A stretch of 63,720 nucleotides of DNA, filler included, from Octopus bimaculoides (GCF_001194135.2; 8 parts of 6 records of this genome joined end to end with filler, not necessarily neighbours in it); one strand, 5' to 3'; positions 25,968 through 39,044 are shown, numbered from the whole stretch's first letter. Program-made: numbers and translations. Notes: a model not told the origin generated them from the sequence alone.

Positions 25968-26676
25968 ATTTTGACAATTGTTGATGCATTAAAACGTCTT
26001 CTGTCCTGAAACTAATTTAAAAACATGAACATACAACGGATTTTTGATTGCTTTGCCGTTTCACAAATATAGCAATCGAGAGAATCATAATCATTCACAG
26101 TAATCTACCAAAAAAGATTACAGCATTAACACCAAGTCATCACTAAAACTTCAGACAGAAAAAATAGGGCATTTACATTTCGAAAATAGTATTTATAATA
26201 AATCGGAATATTATTGATGGTGGCGCATACGGTGATATATAGCAATCAATAATGCTATTTTATTTAATAAAACTGGATAATTCCATGCAATTCTATTGAT
26301 TTACGCCACTTCAACGCGACTTCTAACATTTCGATACAATTTAAAGTTATCTTTTATTAATGCAGAAGAATGTAATGCGATTCTTTTTACGTTCTAAATA
26401 ATAATTTTTTCAAAAGTTTGGAATATTTTTGAGCCTTGCTCGAGTCTTATCTAATAATATGCAATATTTCTGTCATACCTAGTTATGATATGAAAGTACT
26501 TATGTAGAAACCACTACGGAAATCTTCAGGTAGTTCTTCTGTCGCAGAGAAATAGTGTTCTTCCACAAATCACACTCCAGAATTTTAAAGAGGGATTCAT
26601 TACTGAATTTAAACCTGAGTACACCTTAGCAAGTGTAACCTATTAGCTCTATTAGCTACATAAACATAACTGGTCC

Positions 26677-27052
26677 TCCGTCGGTTACGATGACAAAGGC
26701 TCCGATCGATCCAGTCAACGGAACAGCCTGTTCATCAAACTAACGTTGCAAGTGGCTGAGCATTCTACACACATACATACATACATACATACATACATAC
26801 ATACATACATACATAATGCATGCATGCATGCATACATACATACATACATACATACATGCTTGCATACATACATACAGACATACATACATACGCGTAGGAA
26901 TTGCTGTGTGCTAAAAAATTTACTTCCCAACCATATGGATCCGGATTCAGTCCCACTGCGTGACACCTTGAACAAGTGCCTGCGACTACAGCCTCGGGCC
27001 GACCAAAGGCTTGTGAGTGGAGTTGACGGAAACTGAAAGAAACTCGTCGCAT
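26677..27052. mobile_element. SINE B 3' fragment (-, 26677-26770) and SINE A 5' half (+, 26893-27052), separated by (TACA)n
   Basis: Direct similarity to the in-window copies of both families. Confidence 0.8.
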
Positions 27053-27123
27053 ATATATANNNNNNNNNNACTACACACATTTTTTTTCTCTGCTTGTTTC
27101 TCTGCTTGTTTCTTTCTGTATTC

Positions 27124-27159
27124 CTTTCTGAAGAAGAGAGTAGGCTCGAAACGTCAAAG
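27124..27159 (+). ncRNA. Minimal type I hammerhead ribozyme within a PLE pseudo-LTR (27075-27245)
   Basis: CTTT-CTGAAGA-A-GAG(AGTAGG)CTC-GAAA-C-GTC/AAAG. Intact core, stem I 4 bp, stem II 3 bp, ACGU palindromic stem III and GUC cleavage site after 27155. Confidence 0.72.
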
Positions 27160-27270
27160 ACTTTTTCAATTCCCGAGGGTTATACTAATACATATGTTTG
27201 TTTTCTACACCACCTGTCTTCGTCTTTTTTGTGAATTCTCCCTATGTATATAATATATATACATACATAC

Positions 27271-27351
<81 letters not shown>

Positions 27352-27879
27352 TAGAGAGCGAGACAAAGAGCGAGAGAGAGAGAGAGAGAGAGATCATTCA
27401 AAGTGGTGTGTTAAACATCCAGTTCATTGGTATGTCAGTTGGATATTGGATACCATATAAATATGGGTATAACGCAGATAAATTAAATAGAGAGATTCTA
27501 TTGACAATCCAACAACTTATATTATAATATTACATGATATACTACGAATAACATAAACAATTATTCAAAAAACGTAAAAGGCCAACAAATTGCTTCGACT
27601 TATATACATTTTCTGATATATATACGCAATAACAGTTCCCTTTATATATATATAAGTCACTTCAGAGTCATGGTTTAAAGATAGACGAAATTTCATGTGA
27701 AAAGACGGCTAGGTTGTAAAAATGAATTCAAATATCTATGTATTATGAGCGTGTGCGTTAACTATTCAATCATACATCAATTACAATTAAAAAACAACAA
27801 AAACACTCTAACGGACGATATAACCAAGTAATTGCAATCCAGAACCATCGAAATTCACTTTATTACATATCAAACACAT

Positions 27880-28306
27880 ACCAATTAACGCAAGGGTAAA
27901 AAAATGTGGTCCTCCAAAGTGCGGAACATGTCCCAATCTTTTGGAAAGATCAGAATTCCATTTTAGACAAGGGCAACTATTCAAAATTAAATCCAACTTC
28001 ACTTGCGCCTCTGAAAACCTCGTTTATGTAATCAGATGCTTGGGCTGCCATAAAGACAATATAAGATCCACAGAATTGTCTCTCAGACGAAAATGTACAG
28101 TCCACAGACAACAGATATTTCCCCCGCAATATCGCCAGATATATCTCAGTGAACACATTAACAGATGTGCAGAACAATTGCAACCACAGTTCCTAATCTT
28201 CCCATTATATCAATTTGGTATTTGGACTTCAATACAAGTGCGACTAAATAAAGAGGCCTCATTTATCGAAAAATATAAATCAGAATTAAATATAAACCCA
28301 TATTGA
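27880..28306 (+). mobile_element. PLE GIY-YIG endonuclease remnant with Cys/His linker
   Basis: KKCGPPKCGTCPNL...FTCASENLVYVIRCLGC...VHRQQI...RLNKEASFIEKYKSELN. Confidence 0.88.
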
Positions 28307-28841
28307 AAAGTAATGATTTACCTCAACTATTGAATATAATATTGTTATAAGCCAGACTCAAATACAAATCAATATTAACAATTACAGATTTACCTCCCCT
28401 TTACTGAAAAATATCTTGGTTACCGATTACCCCCCCCTAGCAAACAAAATCTTTAACTCCGAAATGTATCCAACACTCAAACTTTGAAAAGCTTTAACGA
28501 AACCGCTTATTATTTTGGAAGAAAAAAATCTTATTTTTGTATAATAGTTTTGCTCTGATGATTCGAATATATTCTTTAGTCATGTAAAAGAAACCTTCGT
28601 ATTTTTTCATATTTTTTGTTCTTATTTTAAGAGTTAGCTTTACAATTTAACTGTTTTAAACTCTCGTGTTGAGAAATTTACATGTGTCTATCTGTGTACA
28701 TATAGACACACACACATGCACACAGGAACACAGCCAGACAAACAGACAGACAGACACACACACACGTACAAACTCAGTTTTATAAGTAGATATGTATGTA
28801 TATGTGTATATCATAGTATAAGAATTATAAAGTATTGGTTT

Positions 28842-29038
28842 TAAATTATGGTCCAAGGCCAGCAATTACGGGATAGGGGTTAAGACCCATTATATCGACC
28901 CCTGTGCTCAACTGGTGCTTATTTTATCGACCCCGAAGGATAAAAGGGGAAGATGACCACAGTGGCATTTGAACTCAGAACGTAAAGCTGCTCAGCATTT
29001 TGCCGGGCGTGCTAACGACTCTGCCAGCTCACCACTTT
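28842..29038 (-). mobile_element. SINE family D
   Basis: GTGGTGAGCTGGCAGAGTCGTTAGCACGCCCGG...CCTTCGGGGTCGATAAAATAAGCACCAG. Confidence 0.85.
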
Positions 29039-29059
29039 AGAGTTGCAAAGTATATGTTT

Positions 29060-29458
29060 TGTTCAAAAACACAACGCACTTCCCGATCTAGGAATCGAAA
29101 CTACGATCAAACAATCCTGAGTGCAACACTCTAACCACTAAGCCACACGTTGTGAGTGTTTATTAAGCGAAAACACCTAAAGCTCCACGAGGCTCCGGCA
29201 GGGGGAGGGGTGAACCCTGCTATAGTCTTTCACCACAACTTTCTCTCACTCTTTCTTCCTGTTTCTGTTGTACCTGTAATTCAAAGGGCCAGCCTTGTCA
29301 CACTCTGTGTCACGCTGAATCTCCCCCAAGAACTACGTTAAGGGTACACGTGTCTGTGGAGTGCTCAGCCACTTGCACGTTAATTTCACTGGCAGGCTGT
29401 TCCGTTGATTGGATGAACTGGAACCCTCATCGTCGCAACCGACGGAGTGCCACGATGA
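29060..29458. mobile_element. SINE C head (-, 29060-29147) fused back-to-back to a headless SINE B body (+, 29148-29458)
   Basis: Each part matches in-window copies. The junction is at CCACACG|TTGTGAG. Confidence 0.8.
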
Positions 29459-30036
29459 TTATATATATATAATAATAAAACCTTATAATAAATCCTTATG
29501 CGTACATCCATGCATTCCTACCTGGATGCAAAAATACGTATGTGCATGCATATGTGTGAGTGTGTGTGTGTGTGTGTGTGTTATTTTACTCAAGATTATA
29601 ATGTTTAACATTTTTTCTGTGTTCTTTTTAATAATTTAAAGATTTAGAATATGTTTCAGAAGAAAAAGAAGTAGAAACCGAAGTGGAAGATCAACAGACA
29701 TCTTAACGAAAAATAGTGATTTTCATTTCGGCAGAGTTGTTTCGTATGAGTTCATAAGATTTTAATTATTTCCTATTATAGTTTTTACGACTATTTCCCC
29801 GTAATCATATAACATGTATTTAGCATCAGAGCCTGTAGCCATGTTTAATGTGCACATACATGCACACGTACTTACATACATGCATCCACACACACTCACA
29901 CAAGCACACACGTACACACACATACATACACACTCACACAAGCACACACGTACACACACATACATACACATATATAACATAAAGGAAGATGTATAATTCT
30001 CCATTCTTTATGATGTCTTGATCACACACACACACA

Positions 30037-30146
<110 letters not shown>

Positions 30147-30528
30147 NNNNNNNNNNNNNNNNNNNNNNNNNNNNNNNNNNNNNNNNNNNNTTAATTAATT
30201 AANNNNNNNNNNNNNNNNNNNNNNNNNNNNNNNNNNNNNNNNNNNNCGGGGTGCGAGTCATACGGAACGACCGGCCGATCGACGACTAACCTACATAGTA
30301 GTCTGGACCCCCTTGAGGTGTGAGGCTCACCTAGAGCGTGACTATTCCGCCGGGTCCGAACCGCAAATTCGCGAGTCGGACCCCGATTTGGACATGCCTT
30401 TTATCCTTCGTGGTCGATAAAATATATAATACCTGAGCTCTGTGGACGCTGAAATCATATGATTCCTTTTTGTTAAATTCCAGGCCTTGTATCTAAACGA
30501 AATAATTATTTTTATTACTAGATAGACA

Positions 30529-30735
30529 AAGGCGGCGAACTGGCAAAATCGTTCCCACGCCAGGAAAAATACTTTCCAGCATTTCGTCTGGCCTTACGTT
30601 CTGAGTTCAAATTTTGCTAAGGTCGACTTTGCTTTTCGACTTATCTTTTCGGTGTCGATAAATCATATACCAGAGGAATACTAGCATCAATATAATCGAC
30701 TAGTGCTCTCCATCAAAAATTTCAGGCCTTAATAG
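30529..30735 (+). mobile_element. SINE family D (a fragment also lies at 30396-30510)
   Basis: AAGGCGGCGAACTGGCAAAATCGTT...GTTCAAATT...GTCGATAAA. Confidence 0.8.
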
Positions 30736-30890
30736 GTAGGGTTATTGGGTAGACCGAAACCTGAGATTGTCATTTTTTTTCATTGCCAACAATGGGTGAA
30801 ACCAACAAATATGAAATATAGTGACTTGCCACATAATCAAGAGGCTAATATTAATATTTTTATAAATGAATCATGTGATAGAATGCTTAA

Positions 30891-32439
30891 GGCAAGAGTA
30901 ACCCTTCAGACGTAGGAAAACATACCTAAATTAAAGATGCTCCGATTCAGCAGTAATAAAACTCAGACAAGCCAACGTAAACTTTATCAAAAAACATAAT
31001 AGTCAAATATTCACGTTATTTATTCATGGCCTAATTATAAATTCAAAATGGCCGCTAGACGAACGACAATGCAAACATACCCTTATTTTAGGTCAATTCT
31101 TCTACAAAACTATCAAAGATAATATGCCCTAAGTTGAAATACCAACGGATTAGAGTACAGACTATATGATAAATTAAAGATATTAATGATGTTGGCCTAG
31201 ATGTTATGGCATTTTTGACCTCTGGGTAGTAGCATTCAAGTGTCTCTGCAAGATGTACAAATAAATTCTATCTAATCACACGAAAACAACACCTAGGCAA
31301 CTATGAATGAAATACACATGCAGAATTGCAGCCTGTTACATCAATTATTCTTGGAGATACCGTGACCTAAACATTGCTACTCATAGTCGGAAATGTCAAT
31401 TTGAGAAAAACGCAGAAAGCGCTGCAAATAGTTGATTTTACAACAATGCCCAACTACCCAAGTATTCTATCCAAATTTTAGTGAAATATTTGCAGTTTCG
31501 CACAGTCTGATAACGCCCAGTGGCGGCATATTGTTTGCTACTTTTCTGAGATTTTGCTATCTCAGTGCGCTATGTATTGTTTTGACTGTAGATTTCTGTC
31601 CAGGCACATATGCTTTCTTGCAGTCACGGCTCATCAACTTGTTTCAGTTTCTCTCTCAGTTGATGGCCATAGCTGAGGCCTAAATTTTCAGACAAGTATC
31701 CTTGCAATTTCTCTTTGATTGAACACCATAATGACATTATGGACAGCTAACTTCAGGCACAATCGCCTGACAAATTTTTATTTAGTGCACCGTTTACAAA
31801 CTAAGTTGTGGAATGATCTATTGTTTTTTGTGATCCCCTTTGCAGGCACTTATCCAAGAGTTTGTCCTCAGATAAGGTTAGGCTAAAAACCACAGGCTTC
31901 ATTTCATCCAGCACAAATTTTGGCAGGGAATTTTTGTTTGAATAACGTTTGTCATCCACATTTTTCGCTGGACACCTCTCACTACAGTCACTATGGTCCT
32001 TGGACCTGTGCTTGAAAATTGTCCTTATGGAGGTTTTGTCATTAGGGTGGTTCATGATGGCAGTTCCATAATGACCATGTATGGATAGGATAGCTTTCGG
32101 TGTAAGCCTATCTGCACCGCCAATACCAATATACTTTTTACCATCATCACTGTGAATGATTTCCCTCTGTTTGCCAGTACTAACTCCATCAGTCTGCGAC
32201 CCATGTTCTTCTGCACATGACCACATTCATATTTCTCAATTTTGATGTCCATATAGATGGGAGGATCAGCATTATAAGACTCAGACAATAGAGAGCAGAA
32301 TAGGAGCTATTTGAAAGAGTTTTGGGTACCTGTTGAACATGGTTAAAGATGAAGAGTTTGTTTACCTTTTGATGGGGAGAAATCCCCAAATTGAAAATGT
32401 TGTCCCGATTCACGAAATCTGAGGTTTTAAAACCTTGCC
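30891..32439 (-). mobile_element. Kolobok-like DDE DNA transposon remnant
   Basis: TTAA at 30887-30890 and 32440-32443 flanks inverted GGCAAG...TCAGA termini. The disrupted transposase reads IEKYECGHVQKNMGRRL...GIGGADRLT...LPKFV...LLDKCL. Confidence 0.62.
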
Positions 32440-32673
32440 TTAAAACAGGATAACAGTTATATGGTACTTGTTTACATCGCTTTACGTTTAGCGTCCACAT
32501 TCCGCTTTGTTACATTTTGTTTTCCTTCTTTTAAGTTGTTTATATAGTAAGTACCATTCTGATGCTAGCCTCCAACTGCAGTCTTGTATCAATTTCTCAA
32601 AAAAATTATATTGGTTATATTAAATGTTATGAGGTTACGACGTATTAAATGTGTCAGTAACTTTATAGATTTA

Positions 32674-32721
<48 letters not shown>

Positions 32722-32729
32722 AATCATCC

Positions 32730-32765
<36 letters not shown>

Positions 32766-32834
32766 CCGTCATCATCATCATCATCCTCCTCATCATCATC
32801 ATCGTCATCATCATCATCATCACCATCATCATCC

Positions 32835-32888
<54 letters not shown>

Positions 32889-32905
32889 CCGTCATCATCA
32901 ATAGC
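32674..32905. repeat. (CAT)n microsatellite
   Basis: Direct reading; occasional CCT/CGT/CAC variants. Confidence 0.97.
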
Positions 32906-33365
32906 ATATCTTTGTTGTCACTTCAATGTCATCATTCTCGGCGTCATGGGTGCCACTGTATTAGTCATGATCATCACGATGACGACGACAATTATTATTA
33001 TGATGATGATGATGACGACTAGGATGATAGTGATCACTCGTCCGCCACCACCACCAACAACAACAACAACATCATTAACTTTAGGATCACGAAAAACAGT
33101 GTTACAACCATTTCCATACTCAACCGTATCCAACGACACCCAACCGCTGACGTCTCTCCAAAAATATATGCTCACACTCCCCTATAACCTGCTTCAGTAG
33201 AATTTATATTCAGCAACGTTGAGTCCATTGAGCAGCAAAACAACCGTTAGGACTGACTAGTAGAACGAAGGAAATATACAAGACTTATTTGGAATGGAAG
33301 AAGAACGCGAGAGAGGGAGAGAGTGTCAGGGGGAGAGATTGTCAGGAGGAGAGAGAGTGTCAGGG

Positions 33366-33396
<31 letters not shown>

Positions 33397-33539
33397 AGAG
33401 TGAAAGACCGAAAGAGATTAAGAAGACAGGCGGTGAGAGAGTGGACTGAATGCTGCGGATAACGAAATAAAGAGGCTGGAACAATGCTAAGTGTAGAGGA
33501 TTGTTTTTATCTTTCAAGTGTTTATACGTGAAAGAGTGT

Positions 33540-34200
33540 CGGTGATAGTGTGGATGGGGAAGGTGTTGCTAGTAATGTTGGTGCTGCCAAAGATGCAATT
33601 GAGAACCGTTCTTGTAGTGTTGATGGTGGCGTAGTGAACGCGTTTATACATTTGGTATTGTCGCTGTTCTGTTATTATTGTTCGTGGTGGTGAGGTTGGT
33701 CATAACAACATTAGTGGTCATATTGGTGAGGTCAATGTTTTTTTTGGTCCTGGTGTTAGGGTTGTAATAGTGGTGGTAGACTTCTATGGTGGTGTTTGTT
33801 GTGCTGATAATGATATTGGCGGTTGTGTAGTGTTGGTTATGCTAGAGTTGCTTAGGATTATTGCAGTTGTGTGTGGTGATGATGTCGGTGGTAGAGATAA
33901 TGTAGCTTATAATAAAATTTATCAGGGTGGTGATGTGGTCGTTGGTGATAATTTTTTTGGAAGGTGGTAATATTAGTTTTTGGTATGGTAGCGGTAGCAG
34001 AGTGTTAATGGTGATAAAAATTTTATTGGTGGATTGATAGTGGGGGAAAAGTTCATAATGGTCACTTTAGTAGCGGCGGTAGTTTTATTAATGATGGTAA
34101 TAGTATTTGTTCTGAAAGAGAAGGTTACGATAGTAATGGATTTGATCGAGGTTTTTGCGGGGATGTTGGCACTATTTGTATTGTTTTGAGTGTTGGGTGG
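33540..34200. repeat. Degenerate (GGT/GTT/GAT)n low-complexity tract
   Basis: Decayed trinucleotide periodicity. Confidence 0.7.
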
Positions 34201-34503
34201 ATATTTGTTGTGGAAGATTGAGAAAAATAGAGTGAGGAGGAGAAAGAAAAAGAGACAGAGAAAGGACGAAAGAAAGGAATAAAAAAGGAAGGAAGAAAGA
34301 AAGAGATGCTTTGTTTTATCAGTGTATGAAATAAAGGAAATGAGATTTAATATAATTGACGTTGTTTCCGAATGTTAATGTTGTCAAGGAATAACTGAAA
34401 GGGCCAGAGAGTAGAAATGAAAGTTGTAGTGAAAAAACTACCGGTCCAGGGTGGGGAGAAAGAGAAACATATGCAACAAATGGATGAGAAGTGTGTGTGT
34501 GTG

Positions 34504-34536
<33 letters not shown>

Positions 34537-35439
34537 CCATAGAGTAGAATCGACAAAGAATGAGAAGGTCAAAGAGTGTGAATGTGATACGAGGCATTAT
34601 AACAGTAGTGATAGAGATATAGAAGAGTATGAAGTTGGAAACGTGATAAAAGAATTTGGAAGGGAAGATCGAATGTGTAGTAAAACAACACAAGTACAAA
34701 CATACAAGAGAAAAAAGAAGGGAGGGAAGTGAAAACAATTTGTGGAGAAAGAAATTACAATTATAGATGGAAATATTGAAATGAAGTTGATAAAAGAACT
34801 TCATGTACAGTCTTTACAAGAAATATGAATATTTTAAACACAAACCAGACATTAAAATGCTGTTATCCAAATATTCTTATGTTAGTAAAGAGAAGGTGTA
34901 GAAATTATTGGTGGAAAACAAGAGAATTTATAATGATTCCATATTGTGGAGGTGAGAAGAAGATATTTTGAGATTTACGCCTGCATAAAGATTTTCGAAT
35001 TAATAAAGTAACAAGCAAATAACGATTAATACAATAGGCAAAGATATGTTGGTACATGTGAGTAATTTACGGAAAAGGAGGAAAAGTGAGGAGAGAATAA
35101 ATGAATAGTAGATTGTATGTTTACATCATAAATGTAATATGTTTCTTTATTGGACACACAGGGCTGAAGACAGAGGGCACAACATACAAAGTAGAGATTT
35201 TCTTTTTGGAAGAAGAGAAAAAAAGTGGGTCGAATTTCGATCAAAATAGATCGTGGAAAAAAAATATGCCGATCAATAGGGATCATGTATCACAGAAATG
35301 TAAAAAGGGAAAATAGATTAGGTTTATCCGAGGAAAGAAAAGTCTACGGAAAAGACCACGGAAAAGACCTTGGACGATAATGTCATGCAAAAAACACATT
35401 ACAGTATGTGAATCTCTTTTTCCTTTCTTTTTTAGATTC

Positions 35440-35812
35440 ATAGGATTATGCTCAAGCTGGCTCCGTCATTCACACGTGCCATCCTTGCTACATCTTTTTT
35501 TTAAACATTCTCTAGACAAAACTTCCCTCTCTGCTCTCACCTTCCTCTTCAAGTGACACTTGAAGAAGTTGATGAGAGATTGGCCAGAGAAGAAAGTGTT
35601 TGCCTCTAGACCTTTCAGACGCGTCCACCATACGCATTATTTTTCCATATCCGCAAGATGAACATGGCTCTTCATTCCCGTTTCAAGGAAGGAGGCGCGA
35701 AAATATTCACGATCGAGTCGTTGATGAACCGACTCGTCCCACACGCGATAGCAGTCATTTGACATAGGCCCACAGGTCGGAAATGGTTGGACACTGTACA
35801 AGTGCGTGCAGG
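35440..35812 (-). mobile_element. L1/Tx1-like LINE ORF2 C-terminal remnant
   Basis: LHALVQCPTISDLWAYV and WWTRLKGL...LINFFKCHLKRKVRAERE resemble the Tx1 zinc-knuckle C-terminus. Confidence 0.6.
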
Positions 35813-36460
35813 NNNNNNNNNNNNNNNNNNNNNNNNNNNNNNNNNNNNNNNNNNNNTTAATTAATTAANNNNNNNNNNNNNNNNNNNNNNNNNNNNNNNN
35901 NNNNNNNNNNNNTATATATATATATATATATAACATTTGGATTTTGACAACTGTTCTTATAGAACTTACATATACCCAAGAAAGAATATTAGAACCATTT
36001 TATCACTAATTAAGAAAGATATCTAACGTAGCTATTTGGCAAAGTAATTCGTGAAAAAGATCTCTTTTGAATTATTTTATCCAAGCAAGCAAGAAAAAGG
36101 AAAATATATCCTACAAAAGGATGAAAGATACTCAAAAATATATTTAAGTAGGTCCTGCTTTGTTATATGATTTATAACTTACAGAGTAGCTTCCAGCTAA
36201 ATATACGATATACATACAAAACTCATTTATGATGTTTGATTAAATGCACATAGAGAACAGATTGAATTATAAATAGTAGCACATTATTATTTTTTATATT
36301 GTGACTATTTTCCTAATTTATGAATATTGTATAGTATAGTATTCGATGTTTGCTTTTACAAGACATGGAATTACACAGCATATGGGACTTAACTATATAA
36401 GTGTAAAGTAATGAATTAACCACATCAAGTTGAGAAGAAACCTATCTTTCTCTCTCCCTC

Positions 36461-36508
<48 letters not shown>

Positions 36509-36859
36509 CTTTCCCCATCCTTTATTATTGTTTCTCCTCTTTGTTGATTGCCCTGAGACCTCTTTGCCCTTCTTTCTCTCTTTACCTCTGTTTCCAACAA
36601 TAACTGACAAAACAATATTCTCAGCTTGTAAACAAAGTAAAACAGCATCCGATTTTTATAAATGAACAAATAAGCGTTCTCTTTTTGTCATTTTGATTTT
36701 GATTTTGTCTTGACGAGTTCGATAAACGAACGAAAGTGCCAATAAAGAATTATCCAAAATTCTGACTGCCTCCTTTTTCTCAATATACAATATCTGTACA
36801 CCACTTCAAATATATATATATATATACAAAGTAGTTAAATTCCACACGAGTATAAATAT

Positions 36860-38425
36860 AGAAAAAATAGAAGTTGAAAATTCACTGCGAATAGGAATAT
36901 TTAAGATTCTTTATTAGTATATTTAAAGATTTAACCGGTTTCACAGTTTACACTGATTTTTAATAGGTTGAATTAGAAAGACGTGGCTTATGTCGCAGCT
37001 GTCTGGCCCCTGACTAGAGTTTGAAGCTTACCCTATTTTATAGGGAGTTCATGGCGCAACAGGTTTGATTGGTAGAGGATAGTCACATTACTCATCATAG
37101 AAATATTTGTAGGTTTCCCACTAAGTCCGTGTGTTGGTATGAGTTACAATGTTTAGTGACAATGGTTACAGTGATCATGTTTAATTACAATGAAAGCACT
37201 CTAATTTTCATCTGTCTGGTGGGAGAGTGAACGGGAGATGTTTGTATGTAGTCCAGTATCTAAAGTTTAGTTCCTCATGTTAAGTGGCAGAATGAGTTCT
37301 GTGTGTGAATAGTTATTTGTGTATGTAGTCTGTTAAAGTTTGTTATGTCTGGGTTTGTACTTTTGTGTGAAAGTAGTCACTTTGTTTATCCGTGCTTCAT
37401 GTGTAGTATTCACTAAACATAGGTAGAGTAGGAAAACCTGGAATTTGTGGGACTGATCTTTTGCACGCATGTCTATGTGTCCACTCAGTGGAATCTGTCT
37501 AGTACTTACTGGTTTCTCATATTTATTGTCAGTGAATGGCCAGTCTTTGTTTAAGTGTAAACTTTGATTGGCCTACGTAATCTTCATTATATCCTTGACA
37601 TGTGATAGCGTTTATTAAATATCTTAAAGAACATGTATAGTGATTTTTTACGGTAACAATCTGTTCTGATTTGAATTTGTATGTTGTCTTCAATAAGATT
37701 GAAATCCTACTATTGGGGCGGCCACACCCTTTGACTGATGGTGTACGAGTTATAGAAGGTAATTCAGCACAGGTGAGACTGTCATTGTTTTTTACTTTTG
37801 ATTATGTAGTGTATTTCGAATACCTGTTTCATCCTTGGGGCTTGTCTTAGTACTGGGTTGTTCTGCTGGATAATATTGTAAACCTCCGTATTTCTTGGGT
37901 TTTGTAATTTCTTGGATGGTTGTATTTCTTCTGTGTGGTAATAAAGGGTAGATTATTGGATGCATCGTTTTTCATAGTTCTTCGGTAGTTATTGCTTTGG
38001 CACTTTCTATTCCGTTGTCTATAGACTTGAATAGATATTGTCTTTTAAGTAGTATTTGTTTTAGTTCCTGAATTCTTTTATTGCGAGTTTGAAGGTTTGA
38101 GACAATTGTGCAGATTCCTCTTGCTAGATTAAAGGGATTATTATTCTTCATGTGTTTGGGATTGCTAGCGAGAACAGCAAGTTTTGCTTAGAATTTGTTT
38201 CTGTATAGTGAATGTTTGTTTCAATGTTTTTAATCTCTTGATGATTAGTACATCCAGGAATGATAGTTGAGTTTTACTGTATTCTATGGTGAAGTTTATA
38301 TTGTTGTTCATGGTGTTGATTAGATTTTTGAAATTCATAAGTTGTTGAAATGTGTGCGTTCATAGTATTAGACAATCATCTAGGCAACGTTTGAAGTTTT
38401 CTAGGAGATATTTGTGGAAGTTCAA
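36860..38425 (-). mobile_element. Penelope-like element: RT, GIY-YIG and 3' pseudo-LTR (degenerate)
   Basis: KRCLDDCLIL (YLDD motif, about 38370-38392), NINFTIEYSKTQLSFLDVLI, YTCSLRYLINAITCQGYNEDYVGQ (about 37560-37640). Confidence 0.9.
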
Positions 38426-38430
38426 CAACT

Positions 38431-38687
38431 ATTTACATTATTTACAATTGACGGATATTTGTCCTCATCTTGTTTGTTGTTAACACAACGTCTCCGCTGA
38501 TATACCCTCCAGCCTTCATCAGGATTCTTGGGGAAATTTCGAACCTGGGTTCTCATTCCTAAGGTATTTTTCGATATTTTTATTATTATTATTAGTATTA
38601 TTATTGTTCAGGTCACGGGCATATGGCGTAGTGGATAAGAGCACGGGCTACTAACTTCAAGATACCGAGTTCGATTCTAGGCAATGA

Positions 38688-38738
<51 letters not shown>

Positions 38739-38971
38739 CATCGAAAAATACCTTAGGAATGAGAANNNNNNNNNNAATAATAATAATAATAACAACATCG
38801 AAAAATACCTTAGGAATGAGAACCCGGGTTCGAAATTTCCCCAAGACACCGGATGAAGGCTGGAGGGTATACCAGCCGAAACATTGTGTTTAGAACAAAC
38901 AAGATGAAGAAAAATATCTGTCAATTGTAAATAATGTACATAATTCCTCATCTCTTAAATATAGAACTGTA
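38431..38971 (+). mobile_element. tRNA-headed, HHR-tailed element with an inverted headless copy at its 5' side
   Basis: A box TGGCGTAGTGG 38624-38634 and B box GAGTTCGATTC 38667-38677, then (AAT)n and a tail with an HHR motif at 38845-38890. 38431-38615 is an inverted copy with an HHR motif at 38527-38482. Confidence 0.8.
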
Positions 38972-39044
38972 TTTCAAGCCATATTTTGATTTTGATTGTT
39001 CATATATCTGGACCTCCCTGTAAGCTATGTCTAGATTGGCGTAA

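Noticed and set aside
28555-28600. CTGATGA...GAAA after the GIY-YIG ORF
   Set aside because: The position suits a PLE HHR, but stems I and II do not pair, so it is not called.
32584-32907. Poly-His and poly-Met ORFs
   Set aside because: These are translations of a (CAT)n microsatellite with no flanking coding signal.
34200-35330. Purine-rich tract possibly from a LINE ORF1 (also K/N-rich 15300-16100)
   Set aside because: No diagnostic motif could be read with confidence.
38617-38693. tRNA gene, and likewise the other tRNA-like heads
   Set aside because: A and B boxes are present, but there is no complete cloverleaf or acceptor stem and each is attached to a SINE body.
38732-38825. Apparent tandem duplication of the element tail around a 10-N gap
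   Set aside because: Probably unmerged overlapping contig ends at an (AAT)n tract.
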